The position numbers were made by a program, and so were the translations under genes. Of a stretch of DNA of 64,000 nucleotides, positions 1 to 9,362 are shown one piece after another. The notes below the pieces were generated by a model. The model was not told the DNA's origin. It saw only the letters and a program-made list of their open reading frames with translations, and did no database searches. Each line of letters begins with the position of its first letter. Positions within the stretch are counted from its first letter, which is position 1. The DNA comes from Candidatus Yanofskybacteria bacterium RIFCSPHIGHO2_01_FULL_43_32 (lineage in GTDB: Bacteria; Patescibacteriota; Minisyncoccia; 2-02-FULL-40-12; GWA2-44-9), in contig MGJF01000002.1 in NCBI GenBank assembly GCA_001794125.1, positions 37,751-101,750 of the forward strand, in the 5' to 3' direction.

Positions 1-2
1 TG

Positions 3-305
3 GTAGATGGCTGGATAGCCATACCCGGAACCAGTAGTAAAGCGGTAAATATGTCAACCGAAAAAGAAGGTGTTATCGATGGTGATTATACTAAAGACCT
101 TGTGTTAAATAGGCTCCTGGAAACAAAAGATATTGAAAAAATAGCCACCGTTAAATTCAAAACATATGGAACAAGCAGGATCTGGACACATGAAGACGAA
201 GTGCCAACTTACAGAGATTTAATTCTCCATGAAATTACAAAAAAAGACTTATGGCGTGGTTATGCTTGGCTTTTGCATACTGATAATTTAAAAAAATTAA
301 ATTAA
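3..305 (+). CDS. Hypothetical protein, 3' part of a gene starting before the window
   Basis: Frame is open from position 3 (VDGWIAIPGTSSKAVNMSTE...) to TAA at 305; next gene starts 1 nt later. Confidence 0.6.
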   Translation, partial: VDGWIAIPGTSSKAVNMSTEKEGVIDGDYTKDLVLNRLLETKDIEKIATVKFKTYGTSRIWTHEDEVPTYRDLILHEITKKDLWRGYAWLLHTDNLKKLN

Positions 306-306
306 C

Positions 307-1263
307 ATGGAAAAAATCCGCAACTTTAAGCTAAAAGATTTTGCCGGTTTCTTTGGAACCACAGTTCAAGATATTCCCGAGGTTTGCCGGAAAATAATAA
401 CAAAAAGTGATTTTCGTTATCGCTTGGTTTCTGCTACGAAACTGACTCAATTAATTCGGGAGATAAATAGAAAAATTGATGGGGATGATTTGTTTGTGGC
501 CGGTAAAAAAGCTAAATCGATTTGGCAAAAGAGGTGGTCTGCTCAGCTTAAAGATTTTGTTGCCAACGACTTCCAAGCTACAGTTTTGGTGCCAAAATAT
601 GTCAAAAAACCGATTAATAATACATATTGCCGGTTTGATCATGGTTTTATTGCTCCATTGGATGAAAATTTTGAATTGAACTGGAAACTGGTTTTGAAAT
701 ACTGGTTATTCGGTAAGTACCTTAAAAATGTGGACCACATTTATGAATTCGGCTGTGGAACGGGGATAAATATGGCGATACTTGCCGATCTGTTTCCGCA
801 AAAAAAATTGCATTGTTCAGACTGGGTAGATTCATCCAAAAAAATAGCTGAGCATATGTCTAAGCAGTATCACTGGAACGTGTCGGGCCATGTTTTTGAT
901 ATGTTTCATCCCGATCCAAAATTTAAAATAGAAAAAAATAGCGCTTTTTTGACTTTTGGCGCTTTGGAGCAAATGGGAACGGGATATGAATCTTTTATAA
1001 ATTTTGCCATAAAAAATAAAATAGATTTATTTGTAAACGTGGAACCAGTAGAAGAATTGCTCGATAAAACCGATTCCTTAGATGCTTTGTCCATCAAGTT
1101 TATTTATAAAAGGAATTATTTAAGAAATTACTTAACTTATCTGCGCCGTTTGCAAACAGAAGGCAAAATAAAAATTCAAAAAGTACAAAGGACTTGTCCT
1201 GGGAGCTTCTATCAGGATCTTTCATATATTGTTTGGCGGCCAATTAAACCTAAGATTAATTGA
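307..1263 (+). CDS. Class I SAM-dependent methyltransferase (sugar-locus type)
   Basis: Motif I IYEFGCGTG, acidic residue in CSDW, LTFGALEQ. Confidence 0.75.
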   Translation: MEKIRNFKLKDFAGFFGTTVQDIPEVCRKIITKSDFRYRLVSATKLTQLIREINRKIDGDDLFVAGKKAKSIWQKRWSAQLKDFVANDFQATVLVPKYVKKPINNTYCRFDHGFIAPLDENFELNWKLVLKYWLFGKYLKNVDHIYEFGCGTGINMAILADLFPQKKLHCSDWVDSSKKIAEHMSKQYHWNVSGHVFDMFHPDPKFKIEKNSAFLTFGALEQMGTGYESFINFAIKNKIDLFVNVEPVEELLDKTDSLDALSIKFIYKRNYLRNYLTYLRRLQTEGKIKIQKVQRTCPGSFYQDLSYIVWRPIKPKIN

Positions 1264-1266
1264 ACC

Positions 1267-2262
1267 ATGATTATAACGAGAACCCCATTTAGAATTTCAT
1301 TTTTCGGAGGTGGTACAGATTACCCTGTTTGGTATGAGAAAAACGGCGGCTCCGTCTTGTCTATGGCCATTGATAAATATAGTTATATCAATTTGCGTTC
1401 TATGCCGCCGTTTTTTAAACATAAATATAAAATCATTTATTCTAAACACGAAGAAGTTAAACATATCAATAAAATAAAACACCCTTCGGCAAGGGAAACG
1501 CTTCGCTATTTAAATATTGATGGAGGTGTGGTAATTCACCACGACGGTGATTTACCGGCCATGTCCGGCCTGGGCTCTAGTTCATCATTTACTGTCGGAC
1601 TCGTCCATGCTTTATCCGGGTTGAAAGGAGAAATAAAAACAAAACGCCAATTGGCGCTGGATGCTATTCATATAGAACAAAATTTAATCAAAGAAAATGT
1701 TGGTTCTCAAGATCAAACTATTGCCGCCTTCGGCGGTCTTAATCGTATAGATTTTGGCGGACCTCAAAAAATTCAAGTTTACCCGATAACTATAAGCAAA
1801 GAAAGAACGGAATTGTTTAAAAGTCATCTCATGCTATTTTTTACTGATTTTACCCGGCAAGCTTCTAAAATAGCTAAACATTGGATAAAAAATACCAAGA
1901 ATAACGGTAATGAACTTAAATCGATAACCAATATGGTTGACGAGGGAGTGGCTATTTTATGCAGTAATCGGAACATAATTGATTTCGGTAAATTGCTTCA
2001 CGAACATTGGTTAATAAAACGTGGGCTGGCTCAAAAAATTTCCAATCCTAAAATAGACGAAATATACAAAATCGGACGGGAAGCGGGAGCTATTGGCGGG
2101 AAGCTACTCGGCGCGGGTGGCGGAGGTTTTATGTTGTTTTTTGCGAAACCGGAGGATCATCCCAAAATAAAAGAAAAATTAAAAAAGTTTTTATATGTGC
2201 CGTTTAACATTGATATGCTTGGAAGCCAGATAATTTATCATAATCTTAATAATAGTTTTTAA
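1267..2262 (+). CDS. hddA: GHMP kinase, D-glycero-D-manno-heptose-7-phosphate kinase-like
   Basis: RTPFRISFFGGGTD, PAMSGLGSSSS, GSQDQ and KLLGAGGGGF motifs. Confidence 0.85.
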   Translation: MIITRTPFRISFFGGGTDYPVWYEKNGGSVLSMAIDKYSYINLRSMPPFFKHKYKIIYSKHEEVKHINKIKHPSARETLRYLNIDGGVVIHHDGDLPAMSGLGSSSSFTVGLVHALSGLKGEIKTKRQLALDAIHIEQNLIKENVGSQDQTIAAFGGLNRIDFGGPQKIQVYPITISKERTELFKSHLMLFFTDFTRQASKIAKHWIKNTKNNGNELKSITNMVDEGVAILCSNRNIIDFGKLLHEHWLIKRGLAQKISNPKIDEIYKIGREAGAIGGKLLGAGGGGFMLFFAKPEDHPKIKEKLKKFLYVPFNIDMLGSQIIYHNLNNSF

Positions 2263-2266
2263 AAAT

Positions 2267-2299
2267 AACCTACCGTCAGCTTACAGCCGGCGGTAGGTT
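2267..2299. terminator. Probable bidirectional intrinsic terminator
   Basis: aacctaccgtcagct-tac-agccggcggtaggtt inverted repeat between convergent genes. Confidence 0.75.
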
Positions 2300-2814
2300 T
2301 AAACACCCCTGTCTCTGTTTGAAAGTATCGGATTAACAACCGGCCACGGAATATTAAATCTTGGGTCGTTCCATCGGACGCTCCACTGGTTTTCTGCTCC
2401 TTTGTAATATTCTGATTGGTTGTAATGAAAAATAGCACCCTTATTACTTAAAACGAGGTGGCCATTCAGGTGTTTCGGCGGAATAAGAATTTGTAAACCA
2501 TTGTCGTCGGTTAAGAAAAACATTTCCCATTTGCCAAAATGACAGGAAAATTGGTCATAATTTACTACCGCCAAACAAAAAGCGCCGAAAGGACAACAAA
2601 TCATTTTGTAAGTTTTGTCGTCTCCATGGAGACCCCTTAGGGTATTTTTCCTAGAAAAGGAAAAATCCTGTTCCACAAAATCAATCGTGATTCCTTTCTT
2701 AAAGTAATCCTCTCTTTGATAAATTGTCGCATAAATCCCGCGGTGATCCCTGAACGGAAATCCTCTGTGTATTTTCAATACTCCAGGTAAAGAAGTTGAA
2801 GAGACCTTGATCAC
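2299..2814 (-). CDS. dTDP-4-dehydrorhamnose 3,5-epimerase family (RmlC-like cupin)
   Basis: FRDHRG, SFSRKNTLRGLH, WNDPRFNIPWP, LSNRD. Confidence 0.85.
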   Translation of the reverse strand: MIKVSSTSLPGVLKIHRGFPFRDHRGIYATIYQREDYFKKGITIDFVEQDFSFSRKNTLRGLHGDDKTYKMICCPFGAFCLAVVNYDQFSCHFGKWEMFFLTDDNGLQILIPPKHLNGHLVLSNKGAIFHYNQSEYYKGAENQWSVRWNDPRFNIPWPVVNPILSNRDRGV

Positions 2815-2854
2815 GAACCTGTTCCTCGGTTGATTTTAAAGTATCAATATTAAG

Positions 2855-2926
2855 ATTGTACTATGTATCGTAGACGTGTCAAGCCAACAATAAAAAATTG
2901 ACAACGGGTTCTTTGTTATATATATT
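2855..2926. promoter_or_regulatory. Back-to-back sigma70-like promoters
   Basis: Minus strand TTGACA(2882-2877)-N16-TACAAT; plus strand TTGACA(2898)-N17-TATATT. Confidence 0.65.
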
Positions 2927-2961
2927 TGCGCCAATTGAACATTAAAAACAAGGATGGGGGA

Positions 2962-3780
2962 GTGATAAATAACAACCACATGGCTAAGCAGGCGAGAATG
3001 GCTCGCCACATGATACTGGATATGATATTTGAAGCAAGATCATCCCATCTTGGCTGCGCTCTTTCCATCGTCGACATACTAACAGCATTATATTTTGGGG
3101 ATATTCTAAAAATTGACCCCAAAAATCCTGATTTGGAAGACAGGGACAAGTTTATTTTGAGCAAAGGCCATGCTTGTGTGGCGTTGTATGCTACTTTGGC
3201 TTTGAAGGGTTATTTTTCATTAGAAAAATTGAAAGAGTATGGAACTGACGGTACTCTGATCGGAGATCACAATACCCGTGGCGCTTTGCCTGGAATCGAA
3301 ACAACCAACGGTTCTCTCGGGCATGGCTTGCCGATTGGTGTCGGGATGGCATTAGCCGCAAAGAAGGCAAAAAGATCGTCAAGAGTCTTTGTTTTGGTCG
3401 GAGATGGTGAGCTTCAGGAAGGTTCAAACTGGGAAGCTTTGATGTTTGCCGGATTCCATAAATTGGACAACTTAACTCTCATTATTGACAATAACAACCT
3501 TGAGACACTCGGACCGACCGACAAAATTCTTAGTTTGGCCGGATTACATGATAAATTAGAAAGTTTCGGATGGGATACGGAAAGCATTTGCGGACATCGC
3601 TTCGCAGAAATTATCGGCCAGCTAAATATGTCTCATGAAAAACCGTTTGCACTAAATTGCCACACAACAAAGGGCAAGGGTGTTCCGTTCATGGAGAATG
3701 ATCATATCTGGCACGGCAAATGTCCGACCAAAGAAGAATATGAGAGAGCCAAAAAAGAATTGAACGGAGGATTGCAATGA
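2962..3780 (+). CDS. Transketolase N-terminal (ThDP-binding) subunit, copy 1
   Basis: SSHLG, FILSKGHA, GSLGHGL, GDGELQEG...DNN; start GTG 2962 or ATG 2980. Confidence 0.9.
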   Translation: MINNNHMAKQARMARHMILDMIFEARSSHLGCALSIVDILTALYFGDILKIDPKNPDLEDRDKFILSKGHACVALYATLALKGYFSLEKLKEYGTDGTLIGDHNTRGALPGIETTNGSLGHGLPIGVGMALAAKKAKRSSRVFVLVGDGELQEGSNWEALMFAGFHKLDNLTLIIDNNNLETLGPTDKILSLAGLHDKLESFGWDTESICGHRFAEIIGQLNMSHEKPFALNCHTTKGKGVPFMENDHIWHGKCPTKEEYERAKKELNGGLQ

Positions 3781-4703
3781 GATTTGAGGTCGTCAAAACG
3801 ATTTACAAGGCTGCGTGTTCCGATTCCAAAGTAGTTTTTCTAACAGGGGATTTGGGCCATGCTCATTTGGATGATTTCAGAAAAAATTTACCCGGCCAGT
3901 ATTATAATATCGGCATTGCTGAGCAAAACATGATAGGTATTGCTGCCGGACTTGCTCTTTCCGGCCACAGAGTGTTTGTTTATTCAATTGCTCCCTTTGT
4001 GACGCTGCGGTGTCTTGAACAAATTAAGGTAGATGTTTGTTATCAAAATGTTGGGGTCGTGGTTGTCGGAGTGGCCGCTGGCTATGCCTATTCAACATGC
4101 GGATGCACTCATCATGCGATTGAAGATGTTGCGGCCATGAAAGCATTGCCGAATATGCAGATATATTCGCCATCCAATTCATTAGAAGCGCGGTTGGTTA
4201 CAGAATATCTAATAAAAACATCGCATCCCGCCTATCTGCGCATCGGTAAAGGCGGGGAATTGAGCGCCGAAAAAGAATATGGCCTTGAAATCGGCAAGGG
4301 GTTAGTCGTTAAGCCTGGCAACGATATAACCATATTCGCCACCGGCACGATTGTAAATGAGGCGGTTGCCGCAAGCAATATTTTGGAGCAACACGGAGTC
4401 AGCGCAGAGGTGATAAATATACACACAATAAAACCCTTGGACAAAGAGCTTGTTGAAAAATCAGCTCAAACCAGAGATGCGGTATTTGTCCTAGAAGAAC
4501 ACAACATCATTGGCGGACTGGGTGAAAGCATCGCAAGAATAATCTGCGAATGTAATGGGAACAAGAAACCAATTTTCAAATGTCTTGGCGTTCCCGACGA
4601 ATACAACCATCGTGCAGGTAGCCACCAGTATATGTTGGGCTGTTATGGATTGAACGCAGAAGCAATTGCCAGACAAATTGTAGAATTATATAAAAAGGCC
4701 TAG
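3777..4703 (+). CDS. Transketolase C-terminal subunit, copy 1
   Basis: GIAEQNM, THHAIED, TIKPLD, LEEH; ATGA overlap with the N-subunit. Confidence 0.9.
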   Translation: MRFEVVKTIYKAACSDSKVVFLTGDLGHAHLDDFRKNLPGQYYNIGIAEQNMIGIAAGLALSGHRVFVYSIAPFVTLRCLEQIKVDVCYQNVGVVVVGVAAGYAYSTCGCTHHAIEDVAAMKALPNMQIYSPSNSLEARLVTEYLIKTSHPAYLRIGKGGELSAEKEYGLEIGKGLVVKPGNDITIFATGTIVNEAVAASNILEQHGVSAEVINIHTIKPLDKELVEKSAQTRDAVFVLEEHNIIGGLGESIARIICECNGNKKPIFKCLGVPDEYNHRAGSHQYMLGCYGLNAEAIARQIVELYKKA

Positions 4704-4746
4704 GGGCCTTTTTTCATTGACAGAAGCCCAAAAAAATACATAATAT
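4692..4746 (+). terminator. Intrinsic terminator abutting the next promoter
   Basis: aaaaaggcc-tagg-ggcctttttt, then TTGACA at 4717 and a CATAAT/TAATAT -10 box. Confidence 0.7.
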
Positions 4747-4775
4747 ACACCAAGAACTTTGAAATAAGGAAAAAT

Positions 4776-5576
4776 ATGGATCTCGGTTTAAAAGGAAGAA
4801 CAGCACTCATTACCGGTTCAAGCCAGGGTATCGGCAAGGCATGTGCTATCGCTTTAGCCAGAGAAGGGTGCAATATAATTTTGTGCGCGCGAAATGCTTC
4901 TAAGTTAAGAACAGTTTGTGTGGAAATTGAAGAGATGTATCCCGATATTAATGTAAACTGGGCAACCGTTGACGCAACTTCTCGAGAAAGTGTTAAGAGT
5001 TTTTTAAGTCAGATTCATTCTCTTGATATTTTGGTAAATAATGTCGGCGGCGGAACAGAAAAACCATTAAAACTTTGGGGATTAACCGAGGAACAATGGA
5101 TTGACACGTACAAGTTAAATGCTTTAAGCATGGTGTGGTTTACCGAATTCGCGGTTCCTCTTCTTGAAAAATCTTTACAGCCGAGAGTTATAAATATTGG
5201 AAGCAAAACATCTCATGAGCCGGGATGGAACAATCCCCACTATGGCGCTGCCAAATCAGCCATGGATTATCTGAATAAGCGCATATCCAATGAGTTGGCG
5301 CCTAAAGGAATTTGCGTCAACGTTATCGGTCCCCATGCGCTTATTTGCGACACTTGGGAGAGAGATGTTCGCGACCGCGCGCAAACTCTCGGAATAGCTA
5401 TTCAGAAAGCACGGGCCATTGTGACCAAAGAGGTTGTAAGCAAAATACCAATGGGACGACAAGGCACAGATGAAGATGCGGCTAATTTGGTTGTTTTCCT
5501 GGCTTCTGCTCAAGCTAATTTTATCACCGGTACTTACATTCCCTTAGACGGTGGAGCTACGAGGTCGATTCTTTGA
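4776..5576 (+). CDS. Short-chain dehydrogenase/reductase (SDR), copy 1
   Basis: TGSSQGIG, VNNVG, YGAAK. Confidence 0.9.
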   Translation: MDLGLKGRTALITGSSQGIGKACAIALAREGCNIILCARNASKLRTVCVEIEEMYPDINVNWATVDATSRESVKSFLSQIHSLDILVNNVGGGTEKPLKLWGLTEEQWIDTYKLNALSMVWFTEFAVPLLEKSLQPRVINIGSKTSHEPGWNNPHYGAAKSAMDYLNKRISNELAPKGICVNVIGPHALICDTWERDVRDRAQTLGIAIQKARAIVTKEVVSKIPMGRQGTDEDAANLVVFLASAQANFITGTYIPLDGGATRSIL

Positions 5577-5601
5577 GGGCTAAGATTTTTAGCCCTTTTT
5601 T
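5576..5601 (+). terminator. Intrinsic terminator
   Basis: agggctaa-gattt-ttagccct followed by a T tract. Confidence 0.75.
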
Positions 5602-5646
5602 AAATATTATAAAAATTGAAACTTTAATTTAAAGAATTAGATTAAC

Positions 5647-5672
5647 AAAAAAAAACACGCTGAATGCGTGTT
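5647..5672 (-). terminator. Intrinsic terminator of the minus-strand SDR
   Basis: aacacgc-tgaat-gcgtgtt preceded by an A tract on the plus strand. Confidence 0.7.
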
Positions 5673-6453
5673 ATAAAATCTTGCTTTGACCTCCGTCAAT
5701 CACTATTGAGGCGCCGTTTAGCAGTTGGGCTTTGTCTGAACAAATAAATGTTACGACACTTGCCACTTCTTCGGGTAAACCCAGTCGCCCTAATGGGAAA
5801 TTTTCCAGAACAAACTTATTGAATTCTTCCGGATTTTCCCTTTGTTTTCTTTCCAGTCCCGTGTCCGGTATCATTATCTGTCCCGGAGCAACGCTATTGA
5901 ACGTAATTCCGTCTCTTACCAAGTCGTGTTTGATGGCCAGGCTTTTCATAAAACTTATCTGCGCGCTCTTTGCCATGCTGTACCATGGTCTTCCTCCGGC
6001 TTCCCGCCCGCAAATAGAAGATATGGTGACTACCCTGCCCCATTTTTCTTTTCTCATAAGAGGCAGACACCGCATTGTAAATCTGATAGCTGCTGTAACG
6101 TTTTTGTCATATACGTCTTGCCACACCTTTTCGGAAGTTTGCTCAACATCTTCACTGCCCCAGCTTCCGCCTCCGCCTACGTTATTTATCAAAATATGCA
6201 ATTTTCCCCACGTGCCGGTTATAATACTTACCACTCGCTCAATATCTTGCGGGTTTGTTGCGTCAGCGCTTATTCCTATGCCAACAACACCTTTGTTTTC
6301 TATCTCTTTGACCACTTCATCAACCCTTTGTTTGTTTCTCGCACAGATAGCCACGTGACAGCCTTCAGCAGCTAAGGCAAGAGCTATTGCCCGGCCAATC
6401 CCGTGACTGCCACCGGTAACCAATGCGTACTTTCCACTTAGACCCAAGTTCAA
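5671..6453 (-). CDS. Short-chain dehydrogenase/reductase (SDR), copy 2
   Basis: TGGSHGIG, INNVG, YSMAK; TTG start with AAGGAG upstream. Confidence 0.9.
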   Translation of the reverse strand: MNLGLSGKYALVTGGSHGIGRAIALALAAEGCHVAICARNKQRVDEVVKEIENKGVVGIGISADATNPQDIERVVSIITGTWGKLHILINNVGGGGSWGSEDVEQTSEKVWQDVYDKNVTAAIRFTMRCLPLMRKEKWGRVVTISSICGREAGGRPWYSMAKSAQISFMKSLAIKHDLVRDGITFNSVAPGQIMIPDTGLERKQRENPEEFNKFVLENFPLGRLGLPEEVASVVTFICSDKAQLLNGASIVIDGGQSKIL

Positions 6454-6494
6454 ATTAGCTCTCCTTCAGTTATTATTTTCAATAAACTGGCCAT

Positions 6495-6585
6495 AGAATA
6501 GAATACTTTTGGTGATTTGTCAAAAAAATGTAAAAAACTCGGCATCTGGTACTGAGCTTGATTTACTTCAAAATCATAGTATAAT
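6495..6585. promoter_or_regulatory. Divergent sigma70-like promoters
   Basis: Minus strand TTGACA(6523-6518)-N17-TATTCT; plus strand TTGATT(6558)-N16-TATAAT. Confidence 0.6.
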
Positions 6586-6619
6586 TTCGACACGCGATCT
6601 TTTAAAACTAGGCCACAAA

Positions 6620-7450
6620 ATGAATATAGACAAATTAAGCAAGAAGGCGAAATGGATCAGAAGCAGAGCCCTGGAAATGTGCATCAATGCCGGCAAGGGC
6701 CATCTTGGCGGCGCATTTTCCTGTACCGAAATTCTTGTCGCTCTTTACTATGGCGGTATTTTGAACATATCGCCCCTCTCAAAAAACAACTCCGACAGAG
6801 ACAGGCTGATATTCAGCAAGGGCCATGCCATGCTGGCTCTCTATGTAATTCTTGGAGATTTAGGATTTTTTGACGCCAAAGAATTGGAAGCCTACGGTAA
6901 AAATGGAACAATGCTCGGCGATCACCCTGATCACATGATACCCGGAATAGAAATCGCTTCCGGATCATTAGGCCATGGCTTAAGTGTTGCCTGCGGTCTT
7001 GCACTGTCTGCAAAAATGAACAACAAAAATTTTCTGACAGTGGCAATCTTGGGTGATGCTGAATGCAACGAGGGCTCCGTTTGGGAGGCAGCAACATTCG
7101 GTTGCAACTCCAAATTAAACAATTTGGTAGCAGTCGTAGACAACAACAGAATAGGCGCCACAGATTTTACGGAAAATTTTTCCGGTTCAATGCCGATGGA
7201 AAATAAATGGCAAGCATTCGGATGGCAGACGGTAAAAATTGACGGCCATAGTTTCAGAGATATCTTGTCTGGTTTTGAAAGAGCCAAGCAGTCAACGGAC
7301 AGACCCACGGCTATTATAGCCGAAACTATAAAAGGTAAAGGTATTTCATTCATGGAAAATAAATCTAATTGGCATCACGGCGCGCCCAAAGGCGAATTGG
7401 CCATTAAGGCCCGGCAAGAACTTGCAGACGGAGATAAAAATGGAAACTAA
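6620..7450 (+). CDS. Transketolase N-terminal subunit, copy 2
   Basis: GHLGG, FSKGHA, GSLGHGL, GDAECNEG...DNN; ATG 6620 preferred. Confidence 0.9.
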   Translation: MNIDKLSKKAKWIRSRALEMCINAGKGHLGGAFSCTEILVALYYGGILNISPLSKNNSDRDRLIFSKGHAMLALYVILGDLGFFDAKELEAYGKNGTMLGDHPDHMIPGIEIASGSLGHGLSVACGLALSAKMNNKNFLTVAILGDAECNEGSVWEAATFGCNSKLNNLVAVVDNNRIGATDFTENFSGSMPMENKWQAFGWQTVKIDGHSFRDILSGFERAKQSTDRPTAIIAETIKGKGISFMENKSNWHHGAPKGELAIKARQELADGDKNGN

Positions 7451-8387
7451 AAATTATACCGATTTGCGGGACGCTTTTTTTGAGGAGTTATATCTTCTGG
7501 CTTCGGCTGACAGCAATGTGGTTTTAATATACGGCGACCAGGGAGCTCAAACTTTCAAAAAATTCCAGCAAACCATACCTGGTCAAATAATTAACGGCGG
7601 AATCGCGGAACAAAATTTGATAGGTGTTGCGGCTGGCTTGGCCTTAGGCGGCAAAAAAGTTTTTGTCCACGCAATTGCCCCGTTCATTACCTTGAGATGT
7701 TATGAACAAATAAAAGTTGATCTGGGTTTAATGGGTCTTCCTGTTACCTTAGTGGGGATTGGAGCGGGGTACTCTTACGGCGACGCCGGACCCACACACC
7801 ATGCCGTTCAAGACCTGTCAATTTTGCGGGCAATTTCTGGAATGACAATCTTTAACGCATCCGATACTGTTAGCCTATCCCGTTTTGTTAAAATTGCTTA
7901 CGGGAACATTAAAGGACCTGTTTATATCCGATTTGATAAAGATAGTCCCTCTCAAATTTATACGGAAAAAGAAAGTTTTTGCGCAGGTTTGGCGAAAATA
8001 AGAAGCGGAAAAGATATAATTATTATTTCAACCGGTTTAATGGTTCACAGGGCCTTAGCAGTTGCGGATAAATTAAACTCATTGGGAATTGATGCCGGAG
8101 TAATTGATGTATATCGCATCAAACCGCTTAATTCTGTTTTGCTGGCAGAAGTCCTGGCCGGCTGTCAAAGGATTGTCGCCCTTGAAGAACACAGCCCTAT
8201 CGGCGGCCTTGGTTCGCTGATAAGCGAATTCATTTGCGATTCCGGATTGTCTACCGTTTCTCTGAAAAGAATCGCTCTTGAAGATAGCGATTGCTTTACT
8301 TACGGTACGCGTGAATATGTTCATACCCGAATTGGCTTAGACAAGGACACGCTTGTTGCCAGAATACGTGAGTGGCTCGTTTTATAA
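7440..8387 (+). CDS. Transketolase C-terminal subunit, copy 2
   Basis: GIAEQNL, GPTHHA, IKPL, LEEH. Confidence 0.9.
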   Translation: METKNYTDLRDAFFEELYLLASADSNVVLIYGDQGAQTFKKFQQTIPGQIINGGIAEQNLIGVAAGLALGGKKVFVHAIAPFITLRCYEQIKVDLGLMGLPVTLVGIGAGYSYGDAGPTHHAVQDLSILRAISGMTIFNASDTVSLSRFVKIAYGNIKGPVYIRFDKDSPSQIYTEKESFCAGLAKIRSGKDIIIISTGLMVHRALAVADKLNSLGIDAGVIDVYRIKPLNSVLLAEVLAGCQRIVALEEHSPIGGLGSLISEFICDSGLSTVSLKRIALEDSDCFTYGTREYVHTRIGLDKDTLVARIREWLVL

Positions 8388-8438
8388 CCCATGTCAAACA
8401 TGGGTTTTTATTGACTTTGGTGTGGTTTAAATTATAAT
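8386..8438 (+). terminator. Intrinsic terminator abutting the next promoter
   Basis: aacccatg-tcaaa-catgggttttt, then TTGACT(8411)-N16-TATAAT. Confidence 0.7.
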
Positions 8439-8439
8439 C

Positions 8440-9243
8440 ATGGAAACAAGTTTTCGTTCTTTTATTAACAAGGTAGCTAAAGTGGCAGAGAGAAAAATCA
8501 ATGTTGAAACCAAAGAAACAAACAAAGAAAAACAAAATGTTCAAAAATTAGTTACCCTTCTTCGAGAATGTCCAATCCCCAACGAGCAGGTATTGTCTAA
8601 TTTGGGTCTTTTTCTGACCTCTAAAGAATTGGCAAGAATTTTGTTTGTGGATTTTATTTACCGCCAGGCCATAGAAGTTCAGGGTATTATTGTTGAATTT
8701 GGCACTCGTTGGGGTAATAACTTGGCGATTTTTGAAGCCCTAAGAGGAATTTATGAGCCGTTCAACAAGTTAAAACAAATAATTGGCTTTGACACTTTCG
8801 AAGGATTTCCTCATGTGTCGTCAGAGGATGGAAATTCAAACCCCCTTGTCTCTGTGGGAAATTTATCATGCACCGTAAATTACCCTGATTACTTAGACCG
8901 GATAATGAAGTGCCACGAGGAAAGCAACCCGCTTAGTTATATAAAAAAATATAAAATCAGGGTTGGCGATGTCACTAAAGAAATAGACCGATATCTAAAA
9001 GATAATCCGGAAACAATTATTGCTTTGGCATTTTTTGACCTTGATTTGTATAGACCAACCAAGAAGTGTCTCGAAGCCATAAGATCACATCTTGTAAGAG
9101 GCAGTATCTTGGCTTTTGATGAATTAAATGACCACAACTGGCCAGGAGAAACCATTGCTCTTAAGGAAGTGTTCGGTCTAAATAATATTAGACTCAAGAG
9201 GCATCCGCAAGCATCCAGAGTCTCTTACTTTGCAGTAGAGTGA
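8440..9243 (+). CDS. TylF/MycF/NovP-family sugar O-methyltransferase
   Basis: IVEFGTRWG, GFDTFEGFP, FFDLDLY, FDELN. Confidence 0.8.
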   Translation: METSFRSFINKVAKVAERKINVETKETNKEKQNVQKLVTLLRECPIPNEQVLSNLGLFLTSKELARILFVDFIYRQAIEVQGIIVEFGTRWGNNLAIFEALRGIYEPFNKLKQIIGFDTFEGFPHVSSEDGNSNPLVSVGNLSCTVNYPDYLDRIMKCHEESNPLSYIKKYKIRVGDVTKEIDRYLKDNPETIIALAFFDLDLYRPTKKCLEAIRSHLVRGSILAFDELNDHNWPGETIALKEVFGLNNIRLKRHPQASRVSYFAVE

Positions 9244-9252
9244 TACCAAAAT

Positions 9253-9279
9253 CCGCCCTGAAGGGCGGTTTAATTTTTT
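9253..9279 (+). terminator. Intrinsic terminator
   Basis: ccgccct-ga-agggcgg then a T-rich tail; TTGACT promoter box follows at 9301. Confidence 0.7.
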
Positions 9280-9362
9280 GTTTCATAAATATGGAACAAC
9301 TTGACTGATTTCAATTTTTTCTGTTAAATAGAGCAACAAGGAATCTTGCAAGGGAGGTAACA

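Noticed and set aside
5732-6375. Long plus-strand ORFs (208 and 177 aa)
   Set aside because: Antisense shadows of the clear minus-strand SDR; no motifs
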